Below are positions 1 through 12,500 of a stretch of 64,000 bases of DNA, piece after piece (position 1 is the first letter of the stretch; each line of letters opens with the position of its first letter). The notes beneath the pieces are model-generated. The model had not been told where the DNA came from. It worked only from the letters and a program-made list of their open reading frames with translations, and did no database searches. Made by a program: the position numbers and the translations under genes. Origin of the DNA: Phoronis australis (lineage: Eukaryota > Animalia > Phoronida); assembly GCA_002633005.1 (NCBI GenBank), contig NMRA01000083.1:1007725-1071724 (forward strand), in the 5' to 3' direction.

Positions 1-92
1 ACTCAATGCCCCATGACAGACAAAATACACTCTGGGTTGTGCCCGCCAGAAATCCCCAAAAATCTCAACCACGGTATCCCATACCAAAAAAA

Positions 93-400
93 GCCTTCCT
101 GCAAACACTTGCCGCAAGCTTGCCGCAAAGTTGTGGCAAGCTTGCTGCAAAAGTTTCTGCAAACCAGCCGCAAACACGTAGAATCAAATCTGACCAAAGA
201 GTGGATGCAAATTTCCTGCAACCCAGCCGCAAACATTGCCGCAAGCTTGCGGCATGCTTGCCGCAAACATGCTGCAAACTTTTACCATGCAAATGAAGTT
301 TGCCGCAAGCTTGCAGCAAACAGCTCTATGTACTTATATGGAACAGTTCCTGCAACCCAGACGCACACATTGCTGCAAGCTTGCCGCAAACATCTTCATG
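93..400. repeat. Array of short palindromic gcaagcttgc(c/g)gcaaa motifs, probably subterminal repeats of a DNA transposon
   Basis: Many gcaagcttgc and gcaaac units; these explain the overlapping spurious ORFs on both strands. Confidence 0.65.
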
Positions 401-657
401 GTGTTATATAGAAGTTCTGCGCGCCCAGCCTACAATGTAGGGGTGTAAGGGGTCTCAAATTTTTGGGTTTGTGGACCTTGTTAATAAAAAAAAATAAAAA
501 ATAAAACAAACGGGGTTTGTTCAAGGCCTATGCATTGTGCATTTGGCCCCCGAGAGCCCTGGGTGCGCGCATATGCCAGTCAGCAATTCACACCCCGAAC
601 TGCCAAATGGAATCTGGGAGAATTTTAGGGGGGGCCTCCCCCCTAAATCCGCCACTG

Positions 658-1790
658 GGCACAACACAAAGTGTATTTTGTCTGACATAGGACATTTACG
701 GAACCAGTTACATGTATTCATTCACGTGGAATTGGTTTTTTTGTGGTACCTCAAATGTACTGAGCTAGATCATTTTGGGGGTACTATTTTTGGGTTTCTG
801 GCAGACCCTTGCTAGACTACAATTTGTCTTTCATGGCTCATTCGGTACACAGTGCGATACTTTTGTTCGCTTTTAATCAGTTTTAGCTGGTACCTCGAAT
901 ATCTAGTCTAGCTCAAATTTTCCCTGGCATACGGTGGTTAACATTTTTGTGGGGTTTCTGGCGGGTACAACCCAGAGTGTATTTTGTCTGTCATGGGTCA
1001 TTTAGTGATCAGTGACATCTATTGAATCACATGGAATTTGTCTAATTTTGTGGTACCTTGAGTGTATGAGCTAGTTCATTTTTGGAGGGGTCCTTTTTGG
1101 GTTTCTGGCTTACATTTTTCAGAGTGAATATGTCTGCCATGGGTCATTCGGTGTTCACTGCGGCGTTGTTCGTTTTAAATCAGTTGTAGCTGGTACCTCC
1201 AGTATCTAATCAAGCTCAAATTTCCAATGGCATATTGCGATTGAGATTTTTGGATGGCACAACCGAAACTGTATTTTGTCTGTCATAGGACATTTAGTCA
1301 CTAGTGACAAGTATTCATTCACATGGAATATGTCTATGTGGTACCTCAAATGAATAGGTCATTTTTCGGGGTCCTTTTTGGGTTTCAGGCGTACCCTTGC
1401 CAGATGGCAATTTGTCTGTCATGGGTCATTCGGTGTTCAGTGCAGTAATATTGCTCGTTTTAAATAAGTTTTACCAGGTACCTCGAATATCTAGTCTAGG
1501 TCAAATTTTCAATGACATACGGTGGTCTATATTTTTGGGGGGTTCTGAAGGGCATAACCTAGAGTGTATTTTGTCTTTCATGGGGCATTTAGTGATCAGT
1601 GACATGTATTGAATCATATGGAATTGTTTTTTTGCGGTACTTCATTTTTGGTGGGTCCTTTTCCGGTTTCTGCCGGACCCATTCCAGAGTGCAATTTGTT
1701 TGTCATTTGCTGGTCAGTGCGGCACTATTGTCCGTTTCAAATCACTTTTGGCCGGTAACTCGAACATCTAATCTAGCTCGTTTTTTGGCC
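658..1790. repeat. Diverged satellite-like array, ~295-bp unit made of two ~150-bp related halves; inverted partial unit at 1-80
   Basis: tgtattttgtct recurs at ~673, 978, 1270 and 1565, with related aatttgtct halves between them. Bases 1-80 are the reverse complement of ~930-1007. Confidence 0.75.
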
Positions 1791-3553
1791 CCTTGAAAGG
1801 TCCCCAGGGGTATATACTGAGGTGGACTCTAAGTGCTACTATGGTTAGATGTTGGTACCTCGTTCATCTAAGCTAAGACCTCTGGGCTGCCTATCTAAGC
1901 TGAACTGACTATCTCAAGGAAGTTCAGCTCCGGTGGTAGCTCACGTCACCGCGTATGGGAACTTCAAAAACGGGCCACCAGTTCATTCAGTTGTTCTCCC
2001 TTTAACGTCAGCCATGAGCTCAGCTCGTAGATCTCCTCTGTGGCCTTTGCTAACAATACCTGTAATGTATCATAGACTAAAACAACCTCGCAACGCCTAC
2101 ATGCACGTACCTATCAGGGTTAATTTCCGATTTTACTCATCCACATAAACACAGGAAAACAATTTGGATACCGCTTTACAATACAATCGGTTTCCACTTC
2201 CATGGTTTTCATTTTCACTTGGATTAACTATACCCTCGCGAAAAAAAATGCATAATCAAACGAAAACGCATTACCTGTCATAAAACTGGTTTTGAATGGC
2301 CTATTTAGTTCCCTTATAAGGCATCCTCGTCTCCACCAAATATAATGATGTATGGTCAACAGTTTATTACAGTACCAGCTCGAGCATTCAAAAATACAAG
2401 AAGTGTACACGAATTCAGCATACAGGTCTCTGAAATAAATCACCAGTCAATAGGACGATCAATAACACTGAAAGTTGGGAGGAAAACAGTTAATGCTATT
2501 GCTAAAAATCTCACTGAAAAACAGTTTGTCCCACACGGTATGACTCCATGATGATATAACAATTACTAAGAATTGAAAAAAGTAGATCTATGTCAAATCG
2601 CTCACTTCAGAGAACAAGCTAAATGAGAATAAATTAACATTTCAAAATGCATCATTTCCGCTCTTGCGACTAAGAGACTGCAGCAAAATTGATGCCTTTG
2701 ACAGCAAGCACTCCCACACTGTACCTATATATATACACAAGTTCCACACTACGGTTTCCATTGAAACAACCCACTGAGTTGGTCTAGTCCAGACACTGAA
2801 AAATGGGCCATTCAATACAGTAGCTAACTACACTGTTATTCAATCAGAAAATGAAACGCCTTTCATACAACTGTATTGCATCTCCAAATTACAACAGATT
2901 CTGCAAGTTTTCATTACAGAAAGTAAAGTCATGACCACAAATTTCGCCTTATTTAAATCTAAGGAATTTACAGAATAAGCACTTGGAGTGCAATACTGAA
3001 AATAAACAGTATGTATTAAGGTTTCAAGGAATTGACACATTTTGAATCTACATTTAGCACCTCTATGTGCTCCAGAAATGAATAGTTAAGTTGTTGAGGG
3101 GATAGCATTGTGAAGCTCCTTACAATAAAAGTCTAAAAAAGCAATGATGTTACTTTCTGAAGAATACATACATCATGAAATGTTATTACCAGAGATATGC
3201 TTATGCAAAATTAAGCAAAATCACTGATATCTGTGAATGTCTAAATCCAAAGCTTGCTAAAGTACAACAAAAACACTGTCATCAAGTAATTTTATTCATT
3301 GTCTTCACGAAAGTGTAATCGCTTGCTGAACAGTGCAACAGCAATTATCAAACATTATCATTATATTATACTTGCATCTTAACAACACTTCATTGAAAAT
3401 AAATAAATAAACAAAATGAGACAACACAATTGTATTCATCTGAAAATCAACAACAAGATGTTCACATAACAACTCAGCTATCAAAGGTCATCCAACAATC
3501 AGCACTTTCCATTCACAAAATCAAACAACAAGAAGGCTTGGCATCCATGTCAA

Positions 3554-6500
3554 TCACATTGAAGGCACACCCTCAGAAGGCGGAGTTTCCCTTTCATAGT
3601 TGACAAGTCTTTGTCCCACCAGATACCTATCATAAAAGTACTTAAGGGTTGTAGTATTAACCAATGTACATGGATATTGCAAAAGATATTCGAAGACAAC
3701 AACACCAACATCAGCACAAAAAGATGGGCACACAATGAATGACAGAAAACAGAATGAACTGGGAAATATTCTAATGTGAAACCTGGATCCAGTTTACTCA
3801 ACAAGCAATTCAAAACAAAGGTGTGGCAACGTAAGTCGCAAACACAGGCAATGTGTATTTGCATGTCCATGATTGTCAGTTTCCTGGATCATGATGGAGT
3901 GTTACGAGTCCGTCGATACTTTGGATGTTGTACTATGTAATGTATATCAACACACTGGAACATGGATATTATATGGCATTTTTTGTTAACTTTCACATTG
4001 AGAATAATTATATGGATACTGCATTACTCCACGTCCATATCACCTTAAGAAAGGACCAATCACTTTGAATGAGCATTCACGATTACTTGAAGCATGCCAC
4101 ACGATAGGCCAATATTGTGAGTCAACACGGAGGTCACAGGCCCTAAGTCCAATGTAATACAAAATAGTGCTGAATTTGACGATAATGGTAAGACTTTAAA
4201 CTGTTATTGGAAAAAATGACCAAAACTTGGAGTGAACCCACCTGTCATTTTTAATGTGTTCGTAAAGCCTCTTGAACTGTCGTGTGTGAAATACACACAG
4301 CCCTATTAAAATGACCACTGTGAGCAGCAGGGGGTATATACGCCGCAGAACAAGGTTCTCAGTGTCGAAGCCAATGCCTGAAGAAGACAACAAGGAACAG
4401 CTGACTATATGAGATACAGTACATGACAAAAGTAATCAAATACAGTGCATGACAAAAGTAATCAACTACAGTGCATGACAAATGTAATCAACTACAGTGC
4501 AAGACAAAAGTAATCAACTACAGTGCATGACAAAAGTAATCGGACAATATACCGTTTCCCCGTCATCACAGATAATTCCGTTAACAGCAAAAATGACTGG
4601 GAATAATATATATTGCAGCAGAAAATTCTAATTAGAGAATGACTTAGGCACCTTATTAACATTCCTGTTACTTCCCCTTCATTCTCGGTCATCAGGGGAG
4701 ACTACCCTGACAATGAATTCAGCGTCCACATCGCCCTCATGTTGGGGAATTCCATATTTCGTCTGAATACTTATGGCTTGTACCATAGATATCCACTTGA
4801 CAACTACTTATCAATCTGTGAGAACTTTACCAGCATATCTAAAGACAGTGCTATGATTACTATCGAGGAGGCGGTGTGGCCTCATGGGAACAGTGACCGC
4901 CACCTTTGCTCATGATCATGGGTTCGAGTCCCGCTGGGACACACTGCAAGACACTCGACTCAGGTCTCTAGCTCCTCAGCTCTGCTTTAACTACATGTTA
5001 GTAAAGCATAAAAATGGTTGCAGGTGATCAGCGCAATGAGCCCACATGCATGGCCTGCGCACGTGTTGTACAACGTGCATCAGACCGCCTGCATTTATTT
5101 TTTATGATTACTATAAAGTGGCATGGTTGTTAAGCCAGTAATGTTACCTGCCTTTTGCTACAAACATAAATTTTGATTTAGACCACTTTACTAAGAAACT
5201 GGTATCAACTTGTTTCCTTAACCAGAGATTTCTGAACTCAATCCCTCGACATTAGGGCTGAATATCGGACCCATTCCCTCTGAAAAATATTGAAAAATCA
5301 TGCGAAATTCCCCTCATGATGTCCAAAAATTCCCCTCAAATGATTGAAGCTACCCTCAAGTTTCGAATCACTTGTAATTCACACAAGTGACAATTTGAAA
5401 GATCTCAATGGCTACTTGAGGCACAGCCTGTGAGGGTTTACAACAAAATGGGGGAGCTATTGACAGTGATCAGGAGGCAGAGTTTTCCCTCAACCCAAAA
5501 TACCCCGTCAGAAGGCACAAGCACCTTTCCCCTTAGATAAACAAGGGCCCTGACCTGTCATGATGAGCTTACTTACTGAACGTGGTCACGACTGAGAGTT
5601 CACGTCACGACCGAGAGTTCATGTCACGACCGAGAGGTCACGTCACGATTGAGAGTTCACGTCACGACCGAGAGCTCACGTCACGACTGAGAGTTCACGT
5701 CACGACCGAGAGTTCACATCACGACTGAGAGTTCACGTCACGACTGAGAGTTCACGTCACGGCTGAGAGTTCACCGAACGTTCCTTACAAGCTCAGTAAT
5801 TACAATTTAACCTGAGTAAGGAACAATTTGACACCAATTTTCTAATGATAAGCGCTCAGGAGCCAGGTCAGCTTTTACTATCATGCAGCACACTACACTA
5901 ATCATTCACTTATTTTGCACAAAAATAACTGACAAATTCATAATTTTCTATTTTTCCACAGTCGATTACTTTGCTTCAAATCATCAAACCCTAACCAAAT
6001 GTTGCTTTTTGACATCTAAATAATATAAACCAAATCAAAAAATAAGACTAGAATTTTCTTGATCTTAATTTTTGGAAATAAATTTCACAAAATAAAATTT
6101 CACAAGTCCTCCAAATTTTGTGCTAAATGGGTAAAGAATTACATTAAATAGCGACCCTGGCAGAACAGTAACGAAAGCACATTGTAAGAAAACACACAGG
6201 TTACCACGGCACCATTGTTACACAACTGACTTACCCGTCACCTTGACCACACTTCTGACAACTGCATAGGGCAAGGCGAGGGCCACACCCAATGTACCAA
6301 TCACTGGGATACACAGTTGGTGAAGGATGAAGCTGAGATTCAAGTTTCGTAGTCCCATATTGTACACCTGCACAGGTAGATTCAACAATAATAATAATGA
6401 CCACTTAGTAAAAATATGCCTTATTAAATGCACACCTGGAATGATTGTTTATCAACTCTATCAGTTGATTTCTCTAAAAGTATTTGAAAGTCTTGCTACG

Positions 6501-9500
6501 AGCGCCCACGACTTATCAACACCAACGTAAGCAACAAAATAGCTCACAAGAATGCACAGGAGATACAGGCTATGATATGTCCTGCCCTTCCTCACGCCTA
6601 AACTAGGACAGTTCACCAACAAAGAGTGACAACCCGCCAATTACGTGAAATGCGGTCAGGATGATGTTGCTTTTCCCCTCAAAGAAAAATAATTGAAGTG
6701 AATGTGCATATTACACGTCTCAATTCCCCGAGCATGGCACAAACATTCCTACAAGCATTGTGAACATGTCGTGCTGAGTTACGTAGCGGAACCCATTCTG
6801 TGTGCAACTGTCATGGTGTCTTGTCACTGTCTTAACATACGCACCTCTAACATTTCAAAGACCTGTGTGGCACACTTTGAGTGAAATAGCACGTGTATAA
6901 ACTAATCCTACAACTAATGTGGCTATTATCTTGGGACAGGCATGTATTTCAATGGCGAATCCTGTTTTGTTGCGATTTTACGATTGCAGGAAGCAAATTT
7001 AAGTTCTGAATTATGTCAAGTTAACACTTCAGGTTTTCCAGGAAAGCATTAGGTGTTATTCTGGCATGTTGCAAACATATTAAGCACAGCTCAAAGTTGC
7101 AGATTCTGTAACTCCTGACAGAAATAGCAATCCCATTTAAAGTTCACTGCTGAAACTACTGCCTACCTGTTCCATATTTCGCTTGAGCCACCACTGTGGA
7201 CCCATCATAGTAATTGCACAAATAATCTTAGCATGTAAAACACCTAGAGCCCAGTCCTGAAAAGGAGAACGGTCACTTGTGATAACTTCACCTGTGGGGG
7301 GAACGCCAAAAACTTGACACCAAAATCCTAAAATTGCCACTAGGGGATGGCAATGAGATAGACGCTATCTCCATGAAACAAACCTAGCTGCAAATTATTG
7401 TACATACACCAAGAGACATGGAAGGTATGAAAGCAGTTATAAATGTAAAAACGCTAAAATTGCCACCAGATGGCATAGTAGCAGCTGAAGTTGTGCTCAT
7501 CTGTAGCCATGTTGATAGGAACACATCTGTCAAATTTAATGATCGCAAGTACCTACAAGGCGTTTAAGAGATACAGCTGCAACTGCCATAGAGGCGCCCA
7601 GACAGAGACGATAGCAGCCAAATACGTACATGTGGGTACAGCAACCACTTTTTACTGAAAACTTACAAATTATTAATCGAGTTTTGGAATCAGAGACCAG
7701 ATTTAAGGTCTAACAATGCAGTTCTACACAAGCAGTCTGCAGATATTTTCAGAATTGTTTAAACAGTACTCTGTGCAGCCTTTTTCATGACATGAGCCCA
7801 ATTGTGAATCCGGAAGAATGAATCAACGCATGCAATAAACAACGTGCAACATGTAGTATTGTTGACGGTACCTGCCAGGGAAAGAAGACAGGAGACTGAT
7901 CCAGGGGTACCCTGAGGGGCACCACAACCACCAGCTCAAACAGCACTCCCAACATGAGGGGGATGACACCTAGTAACAGCATCATAGCCACACCTGCCTT
8001 CAGACCCTGCAACAGAAACACATATACCATAAGCACAGTAGACATAACTTAGCCAGTTTCCACAGTGTGGCAAGCAAAGTGAGTTTCACTTCTCCAGGAG
8101 TTTTCCATTGTACAATTTTCATTTTCCCCAAGTTATTTTTTCCATTTTCCATCAAACTTCATGCATGACACCTTGTTATTTTCCTGATTAATTTCCAGGC
8201 AAGTTTTACTTCTCATTGGTTTTCCAGGGTATAATTTTCATTTTAACCAAGTTATTTTTCTCATTTCCGTCATATTTCCATGCATGGACAACTTGTCATT
8301 TTCCTAATTCCAGGTTTCCAAGATGAGTGAGAACCTTAAGTAGATCAGTGCTGCCGGTCGGCTTTTTGACAAGATGGGGTTGGATAACAGTCATACAAGA
8401 CACTAAAAGCTCAAAAGGAGCTTTTTATCTCTTACTAACAGGGCTCGACGCAATAAAAGTCACCAGGTCGCATTTTGTGACCTAGCCAAAATCTTAGGTC
8501 GCATTCTGAAAATCCAACTCGCATTCATAAATGTCAGGTAGCAAAAATTTCGCACCATTTTTGATTTTTTAGATCATCGAGAAAATGTTTAGATTACGCT
8601 CATACCTGCGGTGTTAAACACTCACAAATTTCAGGTCGCAAAACTTTTCTTTATATTGGAGTAGGAAAATTTTACGGCGTGCTCTAGGGAGCAAAAAAAT
8701 GGCAGGGTACATGAAGAGAATAATATTAACCGCAATTTCACATCTATTCGTTTTGTTGCAATAACTGGCTACGGGCATAAAACATCAAGCCTAGGGAACA
8801 TCGACCCGGTGAAACATCTGAACAGGAAAATATCAGTACTGGGCTACATCGGTCCCAGGGAATATCGTAAAACATTGGGTCTTTTATAATGGAAGGGGAA
8901 CTTTCTATTAGGTTTCTTGTCAAATAAGCCCGTTGGCACCCAGGTGCTTAACAGAGCCAATCCGGAACACTCTTTCATTTAGGACTGTCGCTTTTATCTT
9001 TTGATGTGCAGCTTTGGAGTAGTGCGCACTTGTGAGTTCAGGCACTTGAATTGCCTACACTTTACGTTGGCAACAACATGTGACAGACTACTCATATGTC
9101 GCACACGTAACCCCAGAAACAAGTAAGGGTTTGAAAATTTCTTGGTGACTTAAACACAACTTTGCTGAAAGTGGAGACATGGCCATCTTTTGGCGATTAA
9201 TAAGGCTGTCATTTTCACGATACTGTCTTTTGCAGCCATAAAAAACGAGACGCATGTTTCCACGTCACGATAATCCGTCACTGCTTGAGCACTAACAAAG
9301 GGACCGACCAGTGCCGTAGTGCGATATCAGTGATATTGTCGCGGATATTTAATAATACTATGTGAAAGTTTTTCTACCACAAAATTTGGCAAGTTGATCG
9401 TTTAAGAATTAGTAAAAGACCACTGTTTTGTGACATTTTATCACGTGTTATGTCTTGGTAAACTTTCTTCGGCACATCCGGAAATTTGCAAAAGTAGCCA

Positions 9501-12500
9501 AAAATGTTAGCCAATGAAACGCATCAAAGATTCATTCTGCATTATCTCATGTTCACACGATATGCTCACAAGTCATTGGGAGGGCTGCTTTAGGTTAGTG
9601 TTCTTGTGAACTTGATTTGGCAACAACCAAATCACGGTCGGATATATACGAGTTGCTTTATATCTGCCAGTTATCTACAGAGAAGTGTAGAAACTCAGCT
9701 CGCATACTTCGGAAATTCCAGGTTGCAACTTGATTCGAGCTGGAAAAAATCTCAGCTTACATTTTCAAATTTCAGGTCGCAAATACGACCTGCAGCTCGT
9801 TATGTCGAGCCTGGACAATTAAAACTCACTCAGCCAGCCGCATCAAAATGCAGGGTTATTCCTGGACCACGGCTTTGAGCCATAAGCGCATAAAAAATAA
9901 AAAGGCACACATTGCAGAAGTGCACACCCCCAATGCATCTTTTAAAACACAGCACTCTTAGAAAAATGCAAGATTCTAATCAACATACAGCTAGTGTATT
10001 CTTATTCCACCACAGCTGAACAGTCTGTTTGAATCCTTTGTCAGACTGTATGGAATTTTTAAATAAAAATTAATGCAACTTTTACATGAGCATGGCTGTT
10101 CCTTATTCGATTGTCCTAGGGGTTTTCTGTTTCTTATGTTACCACTTTTATTACACTTAGTGTTTCTTATGTCACCACTTTAATTACACTAAGTCTGCTG
10201 GGCACAACTTTTTGAAAAAGGCAACCTTTTTATTGTCAGGTGTGCCCAAAGGGCACAGGTTCAAACCTGGACAGGAATATCCCTGACAATGGGTTTCCAG
10301 CCCTGTGGTAGCCAGTCATACGAGACATCCAAAGTCTCATAACTTCATAGTTTACCAATACAATCCACTCAGCCAACCACATTATAATGGGTCTCCGCCT
10401 TATGGAAGCCAGTCATATAGGAAAGCAAACTTACCAATATAACCCAATCAGTCAGCCATATCACAATGGGTCTGCGGCCCTGTGGTGGCCAGTCATATAG
10501 GACAGCAACAGTCCTCAACACTTACCAATACAAGCCACTCAGTCAGTCGCATCACAATGGGTCTCCAGCCTTGAGGTGGCCAGTCACACAAGACAGTAAC
10601 AATCCTCAACACTTACCAATACAAGCCACTCAGTCAGTCGCATCACAATGGGTCTCCAGCCTTGAGGTGGCCAGTCACACAAGACAGTAACAGTCCTCAA
10701 CACTTACCAATACAAGCCACTCAGTCAGTCGCATGACAATGGGTCTCCAGCCTTGAGGTAGCCAGTCATACAGGACTCCAACAGCCCTCAACACTAGCCA
10801 ACAGGTGTACAGACCACATGCGGCCGTGTAAAGTTCGTGTATCTTCACACCCTTCATCCAAAGCATCATCAACTGACGGCCAATCCAGACTAAAACATAG
10901 ACCAGGACACCTAATGCTAAAACATTCCCATCCCTACCAGGAGCTGTATCACTGAGTAGGAAGAAAAACGCAAAAATGAGGGAAATCCTGGTGTTAAATA
11001 TACAAACTAACCAATGATTCAGCGGTAAAACCATAGTTTCTGATATCACAACAAGTGTGCCATGTGTTAGTAGTCGTGTATAACAGGCGAAGCAGCTTAC
11101 TAATTTGTTTGCTTAATAGTGCAGGACGAATGATCCTCTCCCATCAAGGTCTGCACTGTTTTCATTAACAGTGTACTTTTTAAAGTCACTCTTTGACTAG
11201 TGAACTGCATTTTTCCAATGAACTGTAATGTTATTTTTCCAAATTCAGTTCTTTTTCAATCAGCTGAATTTCATTTCTGATGAACAGCATTGTTTTCTCT
11301 AGAACAATTATCATGTCATGCTCGAGAGAAAATAACACTGGGTCATTAAAAAAAGAAACGGTTCATGAGAAGAGAATCCAGTTCGGGGAAATTTAAGAGA
11401 AAAGACAAGCGGTTCGTAAGAAAAAAGGTAAGCCAATGAGAACGCCAGTGCAGATCGTAAGGGAGACGATAGTCCACCCTGTACTAGCATTGTTACTTTT
11501 TGTCATGTTGAGTTTCTGTCACATTTAGTGTAACAGCTGGAGGTGTCATAGCGTCGCCTGAGTGGTTGGCAATCCATGACAATAAGGAATTATACTACAT
11601 GTATTTACTATTTAAAGGACATTCAAGCAAGTACGCACTAATTTCTATTGGAAATTACAATAAGAATAAATCAAGTCATGCGTAACAAACATTATGAAGA
11701 CAACACTCAGGTCCAAAAACACCATCTACTCTTCAGTTGTAATAAAAACTAAGCAATTTAATTGTACATGACAATCAAAATATATTAAGTGGTACAGAGT
11801 GTTGAACAAACCAGTGGGAAGGTCCAACTTTTTAACACTCAAAATGCAGTAAGTACAAGGTTTACCTGGAAGAACAAGACAGACCATGCTGGCCACAAAT
11901 AGAGTCACGCCTATCAGCACAATTAGACCTATCACCTGAAAAACAAAACCATGGGTCAATATTATAGTTTCATTTTCATCAAATAGACATCTGCAAGTAA
12001 CCTAAAGGAAGTCACAGATAATCAAAGGAATTTGAACAGCTTTGTCAACACTTTCATTCAAATATTGTTAATGTGTAATAATTAACAGTAAATGTTGTCA
12101 GTGACAAGGAAAAGGTAATGAATTGGTACCCTCTTTTATTCAAGTGTTTCACACACGTGCTCGTAGGAGCTAGCAGCTACCCATTGCATATGTACATTCC
12201 ATAAGCAGGGTGATATTTGTGTGTTTTTGGAAATTCTTAATAGTTTCATTCAATAGTTAGCACTAAATTTAATACAAGTCAACATGTGCCGGTCTACATA
12301 ACATTTAAGAAATTTGCTCCCTCGTTTTACTCCAGCATTCCACATATCGACTCATGCCATCATTCCAGATATGTGGGCAGCTTCATGGTATGGGGCCAAA
12401 CACACGTGTACATGATAAATGAACAGGAACTGAAACCAGTCAATTAGAAACTTACTCTCACAGGGAAAAATCTCGGCCGCTTGTAAGGCTGGAAACCTGT

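Noticed and set aside
3-448. Five overlapping ORFs of 70-132 aa on both strands
   Set aside because: They arise from a stop-poor palindromic gcaagcttgc repeat; the peptides are repetitive and have no recognisable domain.
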